Origin: Desulfosudaceae bacterium
GTDB taxonomy: Bacteria > Desulfobacterota > Desulfobacteria > Desulfobacterales > Desulfosudaceae
Length of the DNA stretch: 64,000 nucleotides
Reading direction: 5' to 3'
NCBI GenBank assembly: GCA_963674745.2
Contig: CAXXDV010000003.1
Span: forward strand, 2,336,001-2,400,000
The position numbers were made by a program, and so were the translations under genes. Below, piece after piece: positions 28,613 to 38,433 of this stretch (its first letter is position 1; each line of letters opens with the position of its first letter). The notes below the pieces were generated by a model. The model saw nothing but the letters and a program-made list of their open reading frames with translations. It ran no database searches and was not told where the DNA came from.

Positions 28613-29263
28613 TCAGGATGTCATCAAATTTTTGATACCGCCCACGGTAAAGGCGGTAACGTCATCGGCCGCAGCCTCGATATCGTCCGGGCGGTCGTGC
28701 CAGAGCATGTAATAACCGGCTACCCGTTCATATATACCCAGGATACAGACGGCCATCAACTCGGCCGACATGTTGGACCGGTAACGGGTTTTGGTTTCCG
28801 TGGCCACCCTTTTCAGCGCGCCTTCCAGGTCTTTGATCAGCTTGCCGTAAAGGCGTTTGCGTTCCTGTTCCACAGCCGCGCTCTGGCCGCTGGCCTCCCT
28901 GAAAAAAATCGACAGACGTTCCGGATATGTGAGGCAGAAATCTTTAAAAAATGAAAGGCCGGCATTGACGATGCCGTCCAGCGTGCCGTGTTTACCTAAA
29001 AAAGCATCCCCCAGGGTTTTGCGGAGTTGAAAACCGACCTCCTGCATCAGCGTGATGAGCAGGTCTTCCTTGTTCTTGAAATAAAAATAGACGGTTCCCA
29101 CCGATACTTCGGCGGCATCGGCGATATTCTCAAGACTGGTCTGATGGTAACCGTTTTTGGCAAAAAGCGATTCCGCCACACTTAAAATCGTGGCATAGCG
29201 TTTTTCTTTTTCCCGCTGCCGGCGCTGGGCCGCCCTGGAAAGGGTTTCGTTCTTAACGTTCAT
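28613..29263 (-). CDS. TetR/AcrR family regulator
   Basis: IADAAEVSVGTVYFYFKNKEDL. Confidence 0.92.
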   Translation of the reverse strand: MNVKNETLSRAAQRRQREKEKRYATILSVAESLFAKNGYHQTSLENIADAAEVSVGTVYFYFKNKEDLLITLMQEVGFQLRKTLGDAFLGKHGTLDGIVNAGLSFFKDFCLTYPERLSIFFREASGQSAAVEQERKRLYGKLIKDLEGALKRVATETKTRYRSNMSAELMAVCILGIYERVAGYYMLWHDRPDDIEAAADDVTAFTVGGIKNLMTS

Positions 29264-29275
29264 ACAACTCGATCC

Positions 29276-30049
29276 TTATTTGCCGGTAAAATTGGGTTTC
29301 CTCTTTTCAATAAAGGCCGTAATGCCTTCGACCGCATCCCCGGTGGCCGCTACTTCGGCCAGCTTCCCGGCGAGGAACTCAACTGCTTCGGCCAGGGGCA
29401 TGGCTTCGGCAACAGCAAAAGCCTGTTTGCCGATTTTCATGCCGATGGGACTTTTTTCACACAATGATGTCACCACCGCCGCGACTTCCGCTTCAAACCT
29501 ATCTTCCGGATAGACCCGGGTCACCAGCCCCATCTCCAGGGCCTGGTCAGCCGTCATTTTTTCACCCAGCAGCACCATCTCCATGGCCTTTTTACGGGGA
29601 ACATTGCGAAAAATCAGGGCGCCGATCATCATCGGGAACAACCCGACGTTTACTTCCGGCGTGCCGAATTTAGCCGTGTCTTTAGCGATGACAATATCGC
29701 AACCCAGCATAAAACCCGTGCCGCCGGCCAGGCAATACCCGTTGATGCGGGCCACGGTGGGTTTCGGAAAAGTCGCCAGACGGGTGATCAGCCTGGCATA
29801 ATCTTTTAAAACATCCTGCCCGCTGTCTCCCAGGCTACCCCCACCGAGGTCGGCCCCGGAGCAGAAGGCCTTTTCACCGGCGCCGGTGACCACCACAACC
29901 CGTACGTTTTCGTCCTGCTCGGCATGGTCCAGTGCCTGGTCAAACAGCGCCATGGCTTCAGGGCTGATGGCATTGCGCTTGTCCGGCCGGTTGATCGTCA
30001 ACCAGGCGGCTTTGTCTTTGACTTCATAGGTCAGATGCGAATCATTCAT
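29276..30049 (-). CDS. enoyl-CoA hydratase/isomerase
   Basis: INRPDKRNA, FCSGADL, FGTPEVNVG. ATG 30049 follows GGAGG. Confidence 0.93.
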   Translation of the reverse strand: MNDSHLTYEVKDKAAWLTINRPDKRNAISPEAMALFDQALDHAEQDENVRVVVVTGAGEKAFCSGADLGGGSLGDSGQDVLKDYARLITRLATFPKPTVARINGYCLAGGTGFMLGCDIVIAKDTAKFGTPEVNVGLFPMMIGALIFRNVPRKKAMEMVLLGEKMTADQALEMGLVTRVYPEDRFEAEVAAVVTSLCEKSPIGMKIGKQAFAVAEAMPLAEAVEFLAGKLAEVAATGDAVEGITAFIEKRKPNFTGK

Positions 30050-30581
30050 TATCCCCTCCCTGCGGCGTTCCGGCCTCGTCTGTCTTTTGAATGTCAACCA
30101 GGATATCACCCGGCATGACCTTGTCCCCTTCAGCCGTGTTGACACCGGTGACCACCCCGTCAAAAGGCGCGTAAAGCGTGGTCTCCATCTTCATGGCCGA
30201 GACGACCACCACGGGCTGGCCTTCGGTAACCGCGTCACCCGTACTGACATTGATCTTAACCACCACGGCCGGCATGGGCGGCGTGACTTCCAGGGGCATT
30301 TTTCTGGCTGATTTGCGACCCGTTACCGACTGCGCCAGCGCATCCTCATCGACAAGCTCATATGAACAGCCATTTAAACAAATTGTTTTACCGTCATCCT
30401 TGTCCACCACAACAACCGGCATCTGGCGGCCGTTAACCGTCATCAGCAGGGTGTTGTCCGATGTCCTTACAAATTCAACCCGGTATTCCTGATCATCCAT
30501 GACCGCCGTAAACGATCCGTCATCGACATCGTTCACGTCCACAGGCAAATCGATATCGTCCATCTTGAGTTTATATTCCAT
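30042..30581 (-). CDS. biotin carboxyl carrier subunit
   Basis: SAMKME biotinylation motif. Confidence 0.9.
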   Translation of the reverse strand: MEYKLKMDDIDLPVDVNDVDDGSFTAVMDDQEYRVEFVRTSDNTLLMTVNGRQMPVVVVDKDDGKTICLNGCSYELVDEDALAQSVTGRKSARKMPLEVTPPMPAVVVKINVSTGDAVTEGQPVVVVSAMKMETTLYAPFDGVVTGVNTAEGDKVMPGDILVDIQKTDEAGTPQGGDNE

Positions 30582-30613
30582 AATCGTCTCCTTAATTCAC
30601 TTGAACCACAAAC

Positions 30614-30685
30614 CCGACAAATGGGCACGGCACGCCGTGCCCCTACAACCTTTGCGAACGGCCCTCAAACCTTGAACCCTGAACC
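30614..30685. repeat. REP-containing unit with heptamer repeats, inside an operon
   Basis: GGGCACGGCACGCCGTGCCCCTAC...TTTGCGAACGG...CCTTGAACCCTGAACC. Confidence 0.8.
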
Positions 30686-30687
30686 CT

Positions 30688-32175
30688 TTATAGTCGCCAA
30701 TGTCCCAACGTCTGCCACGGCAAGGGAATTTCCGCCGGCCCTTCCGCAACGGCATCTGCCACCCGTTTTCCGGCCATGCCGTCCGCGATAAAGGCCAGTG
30801 CCGCTAAATCCTTGTCCGGCAGGGTTGGCTCCCAGGACGGAAAATAGGTATCAATAAAACTGGTCAGGGTGTTCCCCTCACGGAACGGTTGTGAGTCGAT
30901 AATATCGGCCAGAAACTGGGTCGGCGTTTTAATGCCGATCACGACATAATCGGCCAGCGCTTTTTTCATGCGTTCGATGGCCGCCTCCCGGTTTTCCGCA
31001 TGAACCACCAGCTTGGACAGAATCGGGTCATACTCTACGGGCACGGTAAACCCCTGGTAAACACCACAATCGTTTCGGATACCCGGGCCGGTGGGTTCTT
31101 TCAGGCAGACAATCTTCCCCGGAGACGGAAAAAAATCGTTGGCCGGGTCCTCGGCGTAAATCCGGCATTCAATGGCATGGCCACGGGCCGTGACGTCTTC
31201 CTGTTTCAAGTCCAGAGGAAGGCCGGCGGCAATTTCGATCTGGCGGCGGACAAGATCGATACCGGTAATCATTTCCGTTATGGGATGTTCCACCTGGAGA
31301 CGGGTGTTGGCCTCCAGAAAATAAAAACAGCCGTCTTCATCCAGGATAAACTCCACCGTACCGGCATTGACGTAACCGGCCGTGGCCGCTGCCTGCACGG
31401 CGGCTTCGCCCATCTTTTGCCGCAGTTCATCGTTGACGGCGGTAGAAGGCGTTTCTTCGATGATTTTCTGGTGTCGCCGCTGGATGGAGCATTCACGCTC
31501 GAACAGATGGATGATGTTGCCGTGGGTATCGGCCAGCACCTGGATCTCCACATGCCGGGGGTTGGTAATATATTTTTCCAGATATACCGACCCATCGCCA
31601 AAGGCCGCTTTGGCCTCGCTGGCAGCCGATTCCAGGGCGGCGGCCAGTTCGGAAGGTGCGTTTACGATCCGCATGCCCTTGCCGCCGCCGCCGGCAGCCG
31701 CTTTGACCAGAACAGGATATCCGATTTCCTCGGCATGCGCGGCCACCCGCTTTGCGTCAAGATTTGATTCGGTCATGCCCGGCACAACCGGCACACCGCC
31801 GTCAACCATCATTTTCCGGGCTACGGTTTTATTGCCGAAATCCCGAATGACCTTGGCCGGCGGACCGATAAAGACAATGCCATTGTCCTGGCAGGCCCGG
31901 GCAAAATCGGCATTTTCGGCCAGAAACCCGTAACCGGGATGAATGGCTTCGGCCCCGGTCTGTTTGGCCGCATCAATAATCCGTTCCACGTTCAGGTAAC
32001 TTTCAGCCGGCTCGGAAGCCCCGATAAAAACCGCTTCATCGGCTGTACGGGTATGCAGCGCCGATTTGTCAACTTCTGAATAAACACCCACCGTGGCAAT
32101 CCCCATCTCCCGGCAGGCGGCCATGACCCGCAGGGCGATTTCACCGCGGTTGGCGATCAGTATTTTTTTAAACAT
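30688..32175 (-). CDS. biotin carboxylase subunit of acyl-CoA carboxylase
   Basis: IANRGEIA, HPGYGFLAEN, GGGGKGMR, RLQVEHP. Confidence 0.95.
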   Translation of the reverse strand: MFKKILIANRGEIALRVMAACREMGIATVGVYSEVDKSALHTRTADEAVFIGASEPAESYLNVERIIDAAKQTGAEAIHPGYGFLAENADFARACQDNGIVFIGPPAKVIRDFGNKTVARKMMVDGGVPVVPGMTESNLDAKRVAAHAEEIGYPVLVKAAAGGGGKGMRIVNAPSELAAALESAASEAKAAFGDGSVYLEKYITNPRHVEIQVLADTHGNIIHLFERECSIQRRHQKIIEETPSTAVNDELRQKMGEAAVQAAATAGYVNAGTVEFILDEDGCFYFLEANTRLQVEHPITEMITGIDLVRRQIEIAAGLPLDLKQEDVTARGHAIECRIYAEDPANDFFPSPGKIVCLKEPTGPGIRNDCGVYQGFTVPVEYDPILSKLVVHAENREAAIERMKKALADYVVIGIKTPTQFLADIIDSQPFREGNTLTSFIDTYFPSWEPTLPDKDLAALAFIADGMAGKRVADAVAEGPAEIPLPWQTLGHWRL

Positions 32176-32220
32176 GTTTTATCCCCTCACAGAAATAATA
32201 GTCTTTTTTTCAGGGTGCCG

Positions 32221-33837
32221 TTACATTCTAAATACACCGTAACCGTATTCGTCGTCCCTGATGGGCGCGTTGAGCGCGGCAGAGATGGCCATGCCCAGCG
32301 CGTCCCGGGTCTTGGCGGGATCGAGTACACCGTCGTCCCACATGCGGGACGTGCTGTAATAAGCGTTCCCCTCGGACCTGGCTTTATCAATGATCGGTCG
32401 GGTTATCATTTCCACTTCCTCGGGAGTGAGTGGCGGTTTGCCCAGGCGCGCGTTCTGGTCGTTGGTGATGGTTACCAACACGCCGGCGGCCTGTTCCCCG
32501 CCCATGACCCCGATCTCGGCATTGGGCCACATCCACAGAAAACGGGGCGAATAACCCCGGCCGCACATTGCGTAATTACCGGCCCCGAAAGAAGCGCCCG
32601 CAATCAGGGTGAACTTGGGCACACTGGCCGTGGACACGGCATTGACCATTTTGTGCCCGTCCTTGGTCACACCGCCGGCCTCGTAACTTTTACCCACGAT
32701 AAACCCGCTGATGTTCTGTACGAACAGCAGGGGAATTTCCCGGTTGTCACAGATCTGGATAAACTGGGTGGCTTTCTGGGCGCTTTCGGGAAAAAGAACC
32801 CCGTTGTTGGCCAGGATGCCCACCGGAAAGCCGTGGATATGGGCCCAGCCGCAGATCAGGGTGGATCCGTACATTTCCTTGAATTCGATAAAATCGCTGC
32901 CGTCGATCATGCGTGCCAGTGCTTCCCGTATGTCATACGGCGTTGATATGTTCTTTGGAATAATACCGTAAAGTTCCTTGGGGTCATAAGCCGGGGGCCG
33001 CACCGGTTTCCGTGTGACCTTGGCTTTTTCCGTTTTAGGCAGGTTACCGATGATTTCCCGCAAAATAGCGATGGCATGGGCATCATCTTCCGCATAGTAG
33101 TCGGAAACACCGGACTGGGAGCAGTGAAGGTCCGGACCGCCCAGTTCGTCCGGCGTGACTTCTTCGCCGGTGGCCGCCAGCACAAGGGGGGGGCCACCCA
33201 GGAAAATCGCCCCATGGCCCTTTACGTGCACGATTTCATCGCACATGGCCACGCCGTAAGCCCCACCGGCCGTACACAGGCCCATCACCGCGGTGATCTG
33301 GGGAATTTTCATTTTGGACATCATGGCCTGGTTGTAAAAAATCCGGCCGCCGTCGTTGGCATCCGGAAAAATCTCCGATTGTAAGGGCAGAAAAGCGCCG
33401 GCCGAATCCATCAGGGTTACCGAGGGCAGCCGGTTTTCCATACAGATGGTCTGCAACCGCAGGCCTTTCTTTACGCCCATGGGATAAACCGCGCCGCCCT
33501 TGATGGTGGCGTCGCTGATGTTCACCAGTACCTCCCGCCCCTGAACGATGCCGACACCGGCCCGTATCCCGGCCCCGTGAATCTTGCCGTCATACATATC
33601 CTTGGCTGCCAGGGGCGCGATCTCCAGGAAAGGGGTGTTCTTGTCCAGCAGCAGGTCCAGCTTTTTGTCAACCGGCAGTTTGCCGGTTTCCTTGAGCCGG
33701 TCTAGGGATTTGGGGGACCGCTCATTGTGCGCCCGGTCGATCTCTTTGTTGAGATCTTGAACCAGGGCTTCCATTTTTTCACGATTAGCCTTGAACTCAT
33801 CCGAATTGACGTCAATCCGGGATTCGATTAATGCCAT
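32221..33837 (-). CDS. carboxyltransferase subunit (methylcrotonyl/geranyl-CoA carboxylase beta-like)
   Basis: DSAGAFLPLQ, GRIFYNQA, GAGNYAMCGR. Confidence 0.92.
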   Translation of the reverse strand: MALIESRIDVNSDEFKANREKMEALVQDLNKEIDRAHNERSPKSLDRLKETGKLPVDKKLDLLLDKNTPFLEIAPLAAKDMYDGKIHGAGIRAGVGIVQGREVLVNISDATIKGGAVYPMGVKKGLRLQTICMENRLPSVTLMDSAGAFLPLQSEIFPDANDGGRIFYNQAMMSKMKIPQITAVMGLCTAGGAYGVAMCDEIVHVKGHGAIFLGGPPLVLAATGEEVTPDELGGPDLHCSQSGVSDYYAEDDAHAIAILREIIGNLPKTEKAKVTRKPVRPPAYDPKELYGIIPKNISTPYDIREALARMIDGSDFIEFKEMYGSTLICGWAHIHGFPVGILANNGVLFPESAQKATQFIQICDNREIPLLFVQNISGFIVGKSYEAGGVTKDGHKMVNAVSTASVPKFTLIAGASFGAGNYAMCGRGYSPRFLWMWPNAEIGVMGGEQAAGVLVTITNDQNARLGKPPLTPEEVEMITRPIIDKARSEGNAYYSTSRMWDDGVLDPAKTRDALGMAISAALNAPIRDDEYGYGVFRM

Positions 33838-33866
33838 CCCTGTTCCTCCAAAATAAAGTTTTTTTA

Positions 33867-34988
33867 CTATTTCAAAGCGGCGTCGCCGATCTTAACCCGT
33901 GCGATCTCGGTTGATGTCCCGGCGATCTGAATAAATTTAGCGTACCGGTAAGCGATATCCGCATAGTTATCCGGTTTCATCCCCGCGGCGGACAACACCC
34001 GCAGCGCACTGCCGGCTGCCTCTTCAGCGGACTCGGAGCAGAACACCTTGGTGCAATCGGTAAACACCGCCGCTTCCCGATCCCCGGTTTCATCCAGCCA
34101 GGCGGCTTTGTAGGCCATGAGCTGGGCGGTCTGGGTCAGGGTCAGCATTTCCGCCAGCTTAAAGCCGACTTCCTGGTAGGCAATCACCGGCCTGCCGCCG
34201 GAACGGTGCTCTTTGGCAAAAACGGTGGCGGAGAACACCGCCGCACCCATTATGCCGATTGCGGCCGCAATCAATACCTGGTTTTCCCAGAGCCGCAAAT
34301 CCGCCAGCAACTGCGCTTCATCCAAAGGCCCCAGCACCCGGTCTTCAGGCACTTCACAATTTTCGAGTTTGACCGACCCGATTTGAAGCGGCGCGTATTC
34401 GGCAATCACATCCGCTTTGGTGACGGTGACGCCCGGCGCTGTCCGGTCGACAAGAAACACCCCCAGACCGTCATCCAGAGCCCCCACCACCGCCAGCATA
34501 TCGGCTGATTGCGCGCCCACCACAAACCCCTTTTCACCGTTAACCATGACCTTGCCCGCGTCCCTGACACCCCGGGTCGTCAGCGGATCATTGACCACAT
34601 TCATGGCGGCTTCACTTAAGGCCACCGTTCCGACCAGCGCCCCCGCCTGCAATGCCGACAGGAGTTCCTGCTTCTGTTCGGGTTTACCGTAACGGTTTAT
34701 CAGCCGTCCGAAGACCCGGCCACTCGACTCAAATGGAATAAACAGCTTTGGCGCGGCCCCGGCCACTGCCTCCATGGCGGCCATGGTGGCCGCCGACAGC
34801 GGCGTATCATCCAGGCCTGCGGCCATATAACCGGCCTGATTCAACTTGTCCGCCAACCCGCCCATCCATTTCCGTACCTGCTGCGGATTCGACGAATCGA
34901 AACCGTCCGCCGCCGTCATTGCCTCGCTGGTAATCCGGCCCGCTTCTGCTATTAACTGCTGTTCCTGTTCTGTAAATTCGTAATGCAT
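33867..34988 (-). CDS. acyl-CoA dehydrogenase family protein (divergent)
   Basis: NGEKGFV, GRPVIAYQEVGFKLAEM, IAGTSTEI (usual motif altered). Confidence 0.85.
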   Translation of the reverse strand: MHYEFTEQEQQLIAEAGRITSEAMTAADGFDSSNPQQVRKWMGGLADKLNQAGYMAAGLDDTPLSAATMAAMEAVAGAAPKLFIPFESSGRVFGRLINRYGKPEQKQELLSALQAGALVGTVALSEAAMNVVNDPLTTRGVRDAGKVMVNGEKGFVVGAQSADMLAVVGALDDGLGVFLVDRTAPGVTVTKADVIAEYAPLQIGSVKLENCEVPEDRVLGPLDEAQLLADLRLWENQVLIAAAIGIMGAAVFSATVFAKEHRSGGRPVIAYQEVGFKLAEMLTLTQTAQLMAYKAAWLDETGDREAAVFTDCTKVFCSESAEEAAGSALRVLSAAGMKPDNYADIAYRYAKFIQIAGTSTEIARVKIGDAALK

Positions 34989-35014
34989 ATATTCACCTTT
35001 GGCTACCTGTTTTC

Positions 35015-36157
35015 TTACATCATCCTGGAAATGATCATCTTCTGAATATCTGATGTCCCACCGCCCAACGGCGCCAGGCGGTTATCCCGGAAAGCCCCTT
35101 CCATTATATATTCATGGCAGTACCCGTACCCCCCATGAATCAGGATGGCGTCATTAAACGGGCCCAGGCTCCAGTCCCCCACAAACAGCTTGGCCACCGC
35201 GGCCGCCAGGTGGTTCAGCGGCCGTCCCTGGCTTTTGTACCAGGCGATCCGATAAACCAGCAGCTTGGCCGCTTCGTAAAAAATCCTGATATCGGCCAGT
35301 TTATGCTTGGTGGCCTGAAACTCGCCGATGGCTTTACCGAACTGTTCCCGTTTGCCGGCGTAATCCGCGGATTTATCCAGGACATATTTTGTCCCGCCGA
35401 TCATCGGTGCCAGCAGGGCGCTGCGGTCCCATTCCACGGTCTGCATGGCCATCAGAAAACCATGCCCTTCCTGACCGACCAGGTTCCCGGCCGGAATCTC
35501 GCAGTCCTGAAAAAAAAGCTCGGAGGTAGCCGATGTCCGGCAGCCCATCTTTTTTAAAGGCTGACCTGTTGAAAAGCCTTTGGTCCCTTTTTCCACGATA
35601 AATGCGGAAATACCGTCGTGCTTTTTTTCCGGATCGGTCTTGGCGTATACCAGGGCGATATCGGCCAGAGGGCCGTTGGTAATAAACATCTTGCTGCCGT
35701 TTAAAACGTATTTATCACCTTTTTTTTCCGCCACGGTCTTCATTGAGGCCACGTCCGACCCGGCATCCGGCTCGGTCAGCCCCATGCACCCGAGGATCTC
35801 GCCACTGGCCAGACCGGGAACATATTTTCTCTTCTGTTCTTCCGTTCCATGGCAAAAAATCGTATCCGCGCACAAAAAGGTATGGGCGCCATATGAAAGG
35901 GTCAGCCCCCCGTCCACGCCGGCCTCTCCCAGGGCCTCTCCGGCCAGCACAGTGGTTACCACATCCGCACCCTGTCCGCCGTATTCTTCGGGGAAATGCA
36001 TACCGAGGATACCGAACTCACCCATCTTTCGAAACGATTCCATGTCAAAGGTGCCGGAAAGCTCATGCGCCTCGACCCGCGGGACAATCTCCTTTTTCGC
36101 GAACCTGATCACCTCTTTTTTGAACATCATCTGTTCGCGGGTAAAACCAAACTCCAT
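35015..36157 (-). CDS. acyl-CoA dehydrogenase
   Basis: GLTEPDAGSD, NGSKMFITN, REQFGKAIG, HGGYGY. Confidence 0.95.
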   Translation of the reverse strand: MEFGFTREQMMFKKEVIRFAKKEIVPRVEAHELSGTFDMESFRKMGEFGILGMHFPEEYGGQGADVVTTVLAGEALGEAGVDGGLTLSYGAHTFLCADTIFCHGTEEQKRKYVPGLASGEILGCMGLTEPDAGSDVASMKTVAEKKGDKYVLNGSKMFITNGPLADIALVYAKTDPEKKHDGISAFIVEKGTKGFSTGQPLKKMGCRTSATSELFFQDCEIPAGNLVGQEGHGFLMAMQTVEWDRSALLAPMIGGTKYVLDKSADYAGKREQFGKAIGEFQATKHKLADIRIFYEAAKLLVYRIAWYKSQGRPLNHLAAAVAKLFVGDWSLGPFNDAILIHGGYGYCHEYIMEGAFRDNRLAPLGGGTSDIQKMIISRMM

Positions 36158-36265
36158 AGCAACCTCCGAAAATTTTAACTTATTTACGGATTCATCAATA
36201 AGACATTGAAAAACCCGAGTCATAATTGGACGGCATGACGAAGCCGCCTAAAATTAAATTCATTT

Positions 36266-36309
36266 ATTGAATAAGGTTCAATTTTAAAATTCAATTTCAG
36301 TATTGTCAA
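36266..36309 (-). promoter_or_regulatory. sigma70 promoter TTGACA-N17-TAAAAT with adjacent palindrome ATTGAA-N5-TTCAAT
   Basis: -35 at 36309-36304, -10 at 36286-36281, palindrome at 36266-36282. The downstream operon ends with a TetR gene. Confidence 0.65.
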
Positions 36310-36497
36310 GTGGTTTCTATGACCGACTTCCAGGATTGCCGACGGATGTATCTTTCCCCGCTTTTTCGCCTAAAGCGCCCGGCACCTGAAAAAGAAAAAA
36401 CAGCTTGATATTGTTAAAAAAATCTGATTTCTTTTTTTTATAAGGGGTTGGTAGGTTACATTATCATCTTAATTTAGGACAGGCGGGAGTCAGTCAG

Positions 36498-37124
36498 ATG
36501 TTTATTGCCGGCCTTACCGGAAGCATCGCCACAGGCAAATCGCTGGTGGCCAGCAGCCTTGCCGAACATGGCGCCATCATCATCGATGCCGATAAGATCG
36601 CCCATGATGTTGTACGCAAAGGCAAGCCCGCCTGGGAAGAAATCGTACGGGAATTTGGAGAAGAATACCTGCTTGACGACGGAGAAATCGACCGCAAGGC
36701 CCTGGGTAAAACGGTTTTCTCAGATTCCGCCAGAAGGGACATCTTAAACCATATTGTCCATCCAAGGGTGTTTGAAGAAATCAGTCGCGCCATAGCCGCG
36801 GCCGTGGAAAATCACGACGCCCCGGACCCGGTCGTTATCCTGGACGTTCCCCTGTTATTCGAAACCAAAATGGATGTTGACCTGCCGGAGGTCATCGTGG
36901 TTTTTGCCCCGGTTGAAGTGCAACTGGAGCGTTTGATGATCAGGGATGACTTAAGTGAAGAAGATGCCCTGGCCCGCATCGATGCCCAGATCCCGGTTGT
37001 GGAAAAAAAAGAAAAAGCGGATTACGTTATCGACAACAGCGGCGACATAGAAGACACCCTGCAGCAGGTGGACATTCTGTATGATATATTAAAAGCCAAG
37101 GCCGAAACCCACCTCGAAGCATGA
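36498..37124 (+). CDS. coaE: dephospho-CoA kinase
   Basis: GLTGSIATGKS, DADKIAH, LDVPLLFE. Confidence 0.96.
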   Translation: MFIAGLTGSIATGKSLVASSLAEHGAIIIDADKIAHDVVRKGKPAWEEIVREFGEEYLLDDGEIDRKALGKTVFSDSARRDILNHIVHPRVFEEISRAIAAAVENHDAPDPVVILDVPLLFETKMDVDLPEVIVVFAPVEVQLERLMIRDDLSEEDALARIDAQIPVVEKKEKADYVIDNSGDIEDTLQQVDILYDILKAKAETHLEA

Positions 37125-37246
37125 TGGCAAAGTAAAACATCCAATCTCTGCGTTGCGCTTCACCCTTCGGAATTTCACGTACTCCTATGTACGCTGCATT
37201 CCTCAGGATTTGCGCGCCTTGATCTTGAATCTTTTACTTTGCCATC
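37123..37246. repeat. 124-bp palindromic MITE-like element
   Basis: 15-bp perfect terminal IR GATGGCAAAGTAAAA/TTTTACTTTGCCATC. A solo arm occurs at 41258-41273. Confidence 0.7.
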
Positions 37247-37260
37247 CAAAATTTGACTTT

Positions 37261-38421
37261 TTAAGAGGCCAGACGCTCTGCAACCAGTTCGGAAATTTCC
37301 CTGACCTGCAGTTTATCTGACAACCCCTCTGTTTTCACGGCATCTTCCAGCATAACAGCACAGATGGGACAGGCCACGGCCATGACCGTTGCGCCGGCGG
37401 CATGGGCTTCCCGGCATCGGGACCGCGCCGGAGAATCATCTCCTCCGGAAATCATATCGGTAAACAGATTTCCGCTGCCGCCGCCGCAGCACATGGCATT
37501 TTTGCGGTTGCGGTCCATCTCCACCAGTTCAATACCCGGCAGAACGCTCAGAACCGTCCGGCAGGACTGGTAATCCAGGTTATGACGGCCCAGAAAACAG
37601 GGATCATGAAAGGTCACCCGGGTCGTTTCAGCGTCCGGCTGAAAAGAAAGCGCACCCAGGAAAAAGGCCAGCAACTGGGTATAGTGGAACACCTGGAACT
37701 CACCGCCCAGCGAAGGATAAAGATTTTTAAAGGCATGAAAAGCATGAGGTGACAGGGTGACAATTTTTTTAACGCCCCGGTCGGTAAACGTTTTTATGTT
37801 TTTTTCGGCCAGTTCCTCGAACAACGCCTGCTCGCCGATCATGGCCACGTCATTGCCGTCGGAGCACTCACCGTCAGCCAGCACGCCGAAATCCACCCCG
37901 GCTTTTTTCAACAAGCCGGCCACGGATCGGGCGATCTCCTGTCCCCGGGGATCATAAGAGCCCACATCACCCGCGAAAAAAAGATATTCCTGGCCGTTGT
38001 ATGCGGCAACATCCGTGCCGGGCCGCCAGTCCGCCCTTTTGCTTCCGGACTTTCCGTAAGGGTTACCGGAGTTCTGCACTTTGGTCAGATAATCCCTGAC
38101 CGGCCCGGGAACCATCCCGGTTTCCAGGATGACGTCACGGCCGGCGGTAAAGGCCAGCAGCAACTGGTCCCTGAAGTCAGGCATAGCGCAATGTTCCACG
38201 CAATTGCCGCAGCCGGTACAGGAAAACATGATTTGTCCCAATCGCTGGCTGACACCGATCTTTCCGTTCATCAGGGCGGAAAGCAGCCACATGCGCCCGC
38301 CGGGCGCGAAGGTCTCAAAGCGGAAAGACAGGTAGGCCGGGCAATTAATATCGGCGTAATTGGAAGGGAACTTGCAATAGCCACAGCGAAAGCAGCGGTG
38401 TAATATTTCCTGGTATTCCAT
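37261..38421 (-). CDS. Fe-S oxidoreductase with CCG domain (GlcF/HdrD-like)
   Basis: CxxCxxC twice, HDPCFLGR, CCGGG, CPIC. Confidence 0.9.
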   Translation of the reverse strand: MEYQEILHRCFRCGYCKFPSNYADINCPAYLSFRFETFAPGGRMWLLSALMNGKIGVSQRLGQIMFSCTGCGNCVEHCAMPDFRDQLLLAFTAGRDVILETGMVPGPVRDYLTKVQNSGNPYGKSGSKRADWRPGTDVAAYNGQEYLFFAGDVGSYDPRGQEIARSVAGLLKKAGVDFGVLADGECSDGNDVAMIGEQALFEELAEKNIKTFTDRGVKKIVTLSPHAFHAFKNLYPSLGGEFQVFHYTQLLAFFLGALSFQPDAETTRVTFHDPCFLGRHNLDYQSCRTVLSVLPGIELVEMDRNRKNAMCCGGGSGNLFTDMISGGDDSPARSRCREAHAAGATVMAVACPICAVMLEDAVKTEGLSDKLQVREISELVAERLAS

Positions 38422-38433
38422 TGGTTATATCTC

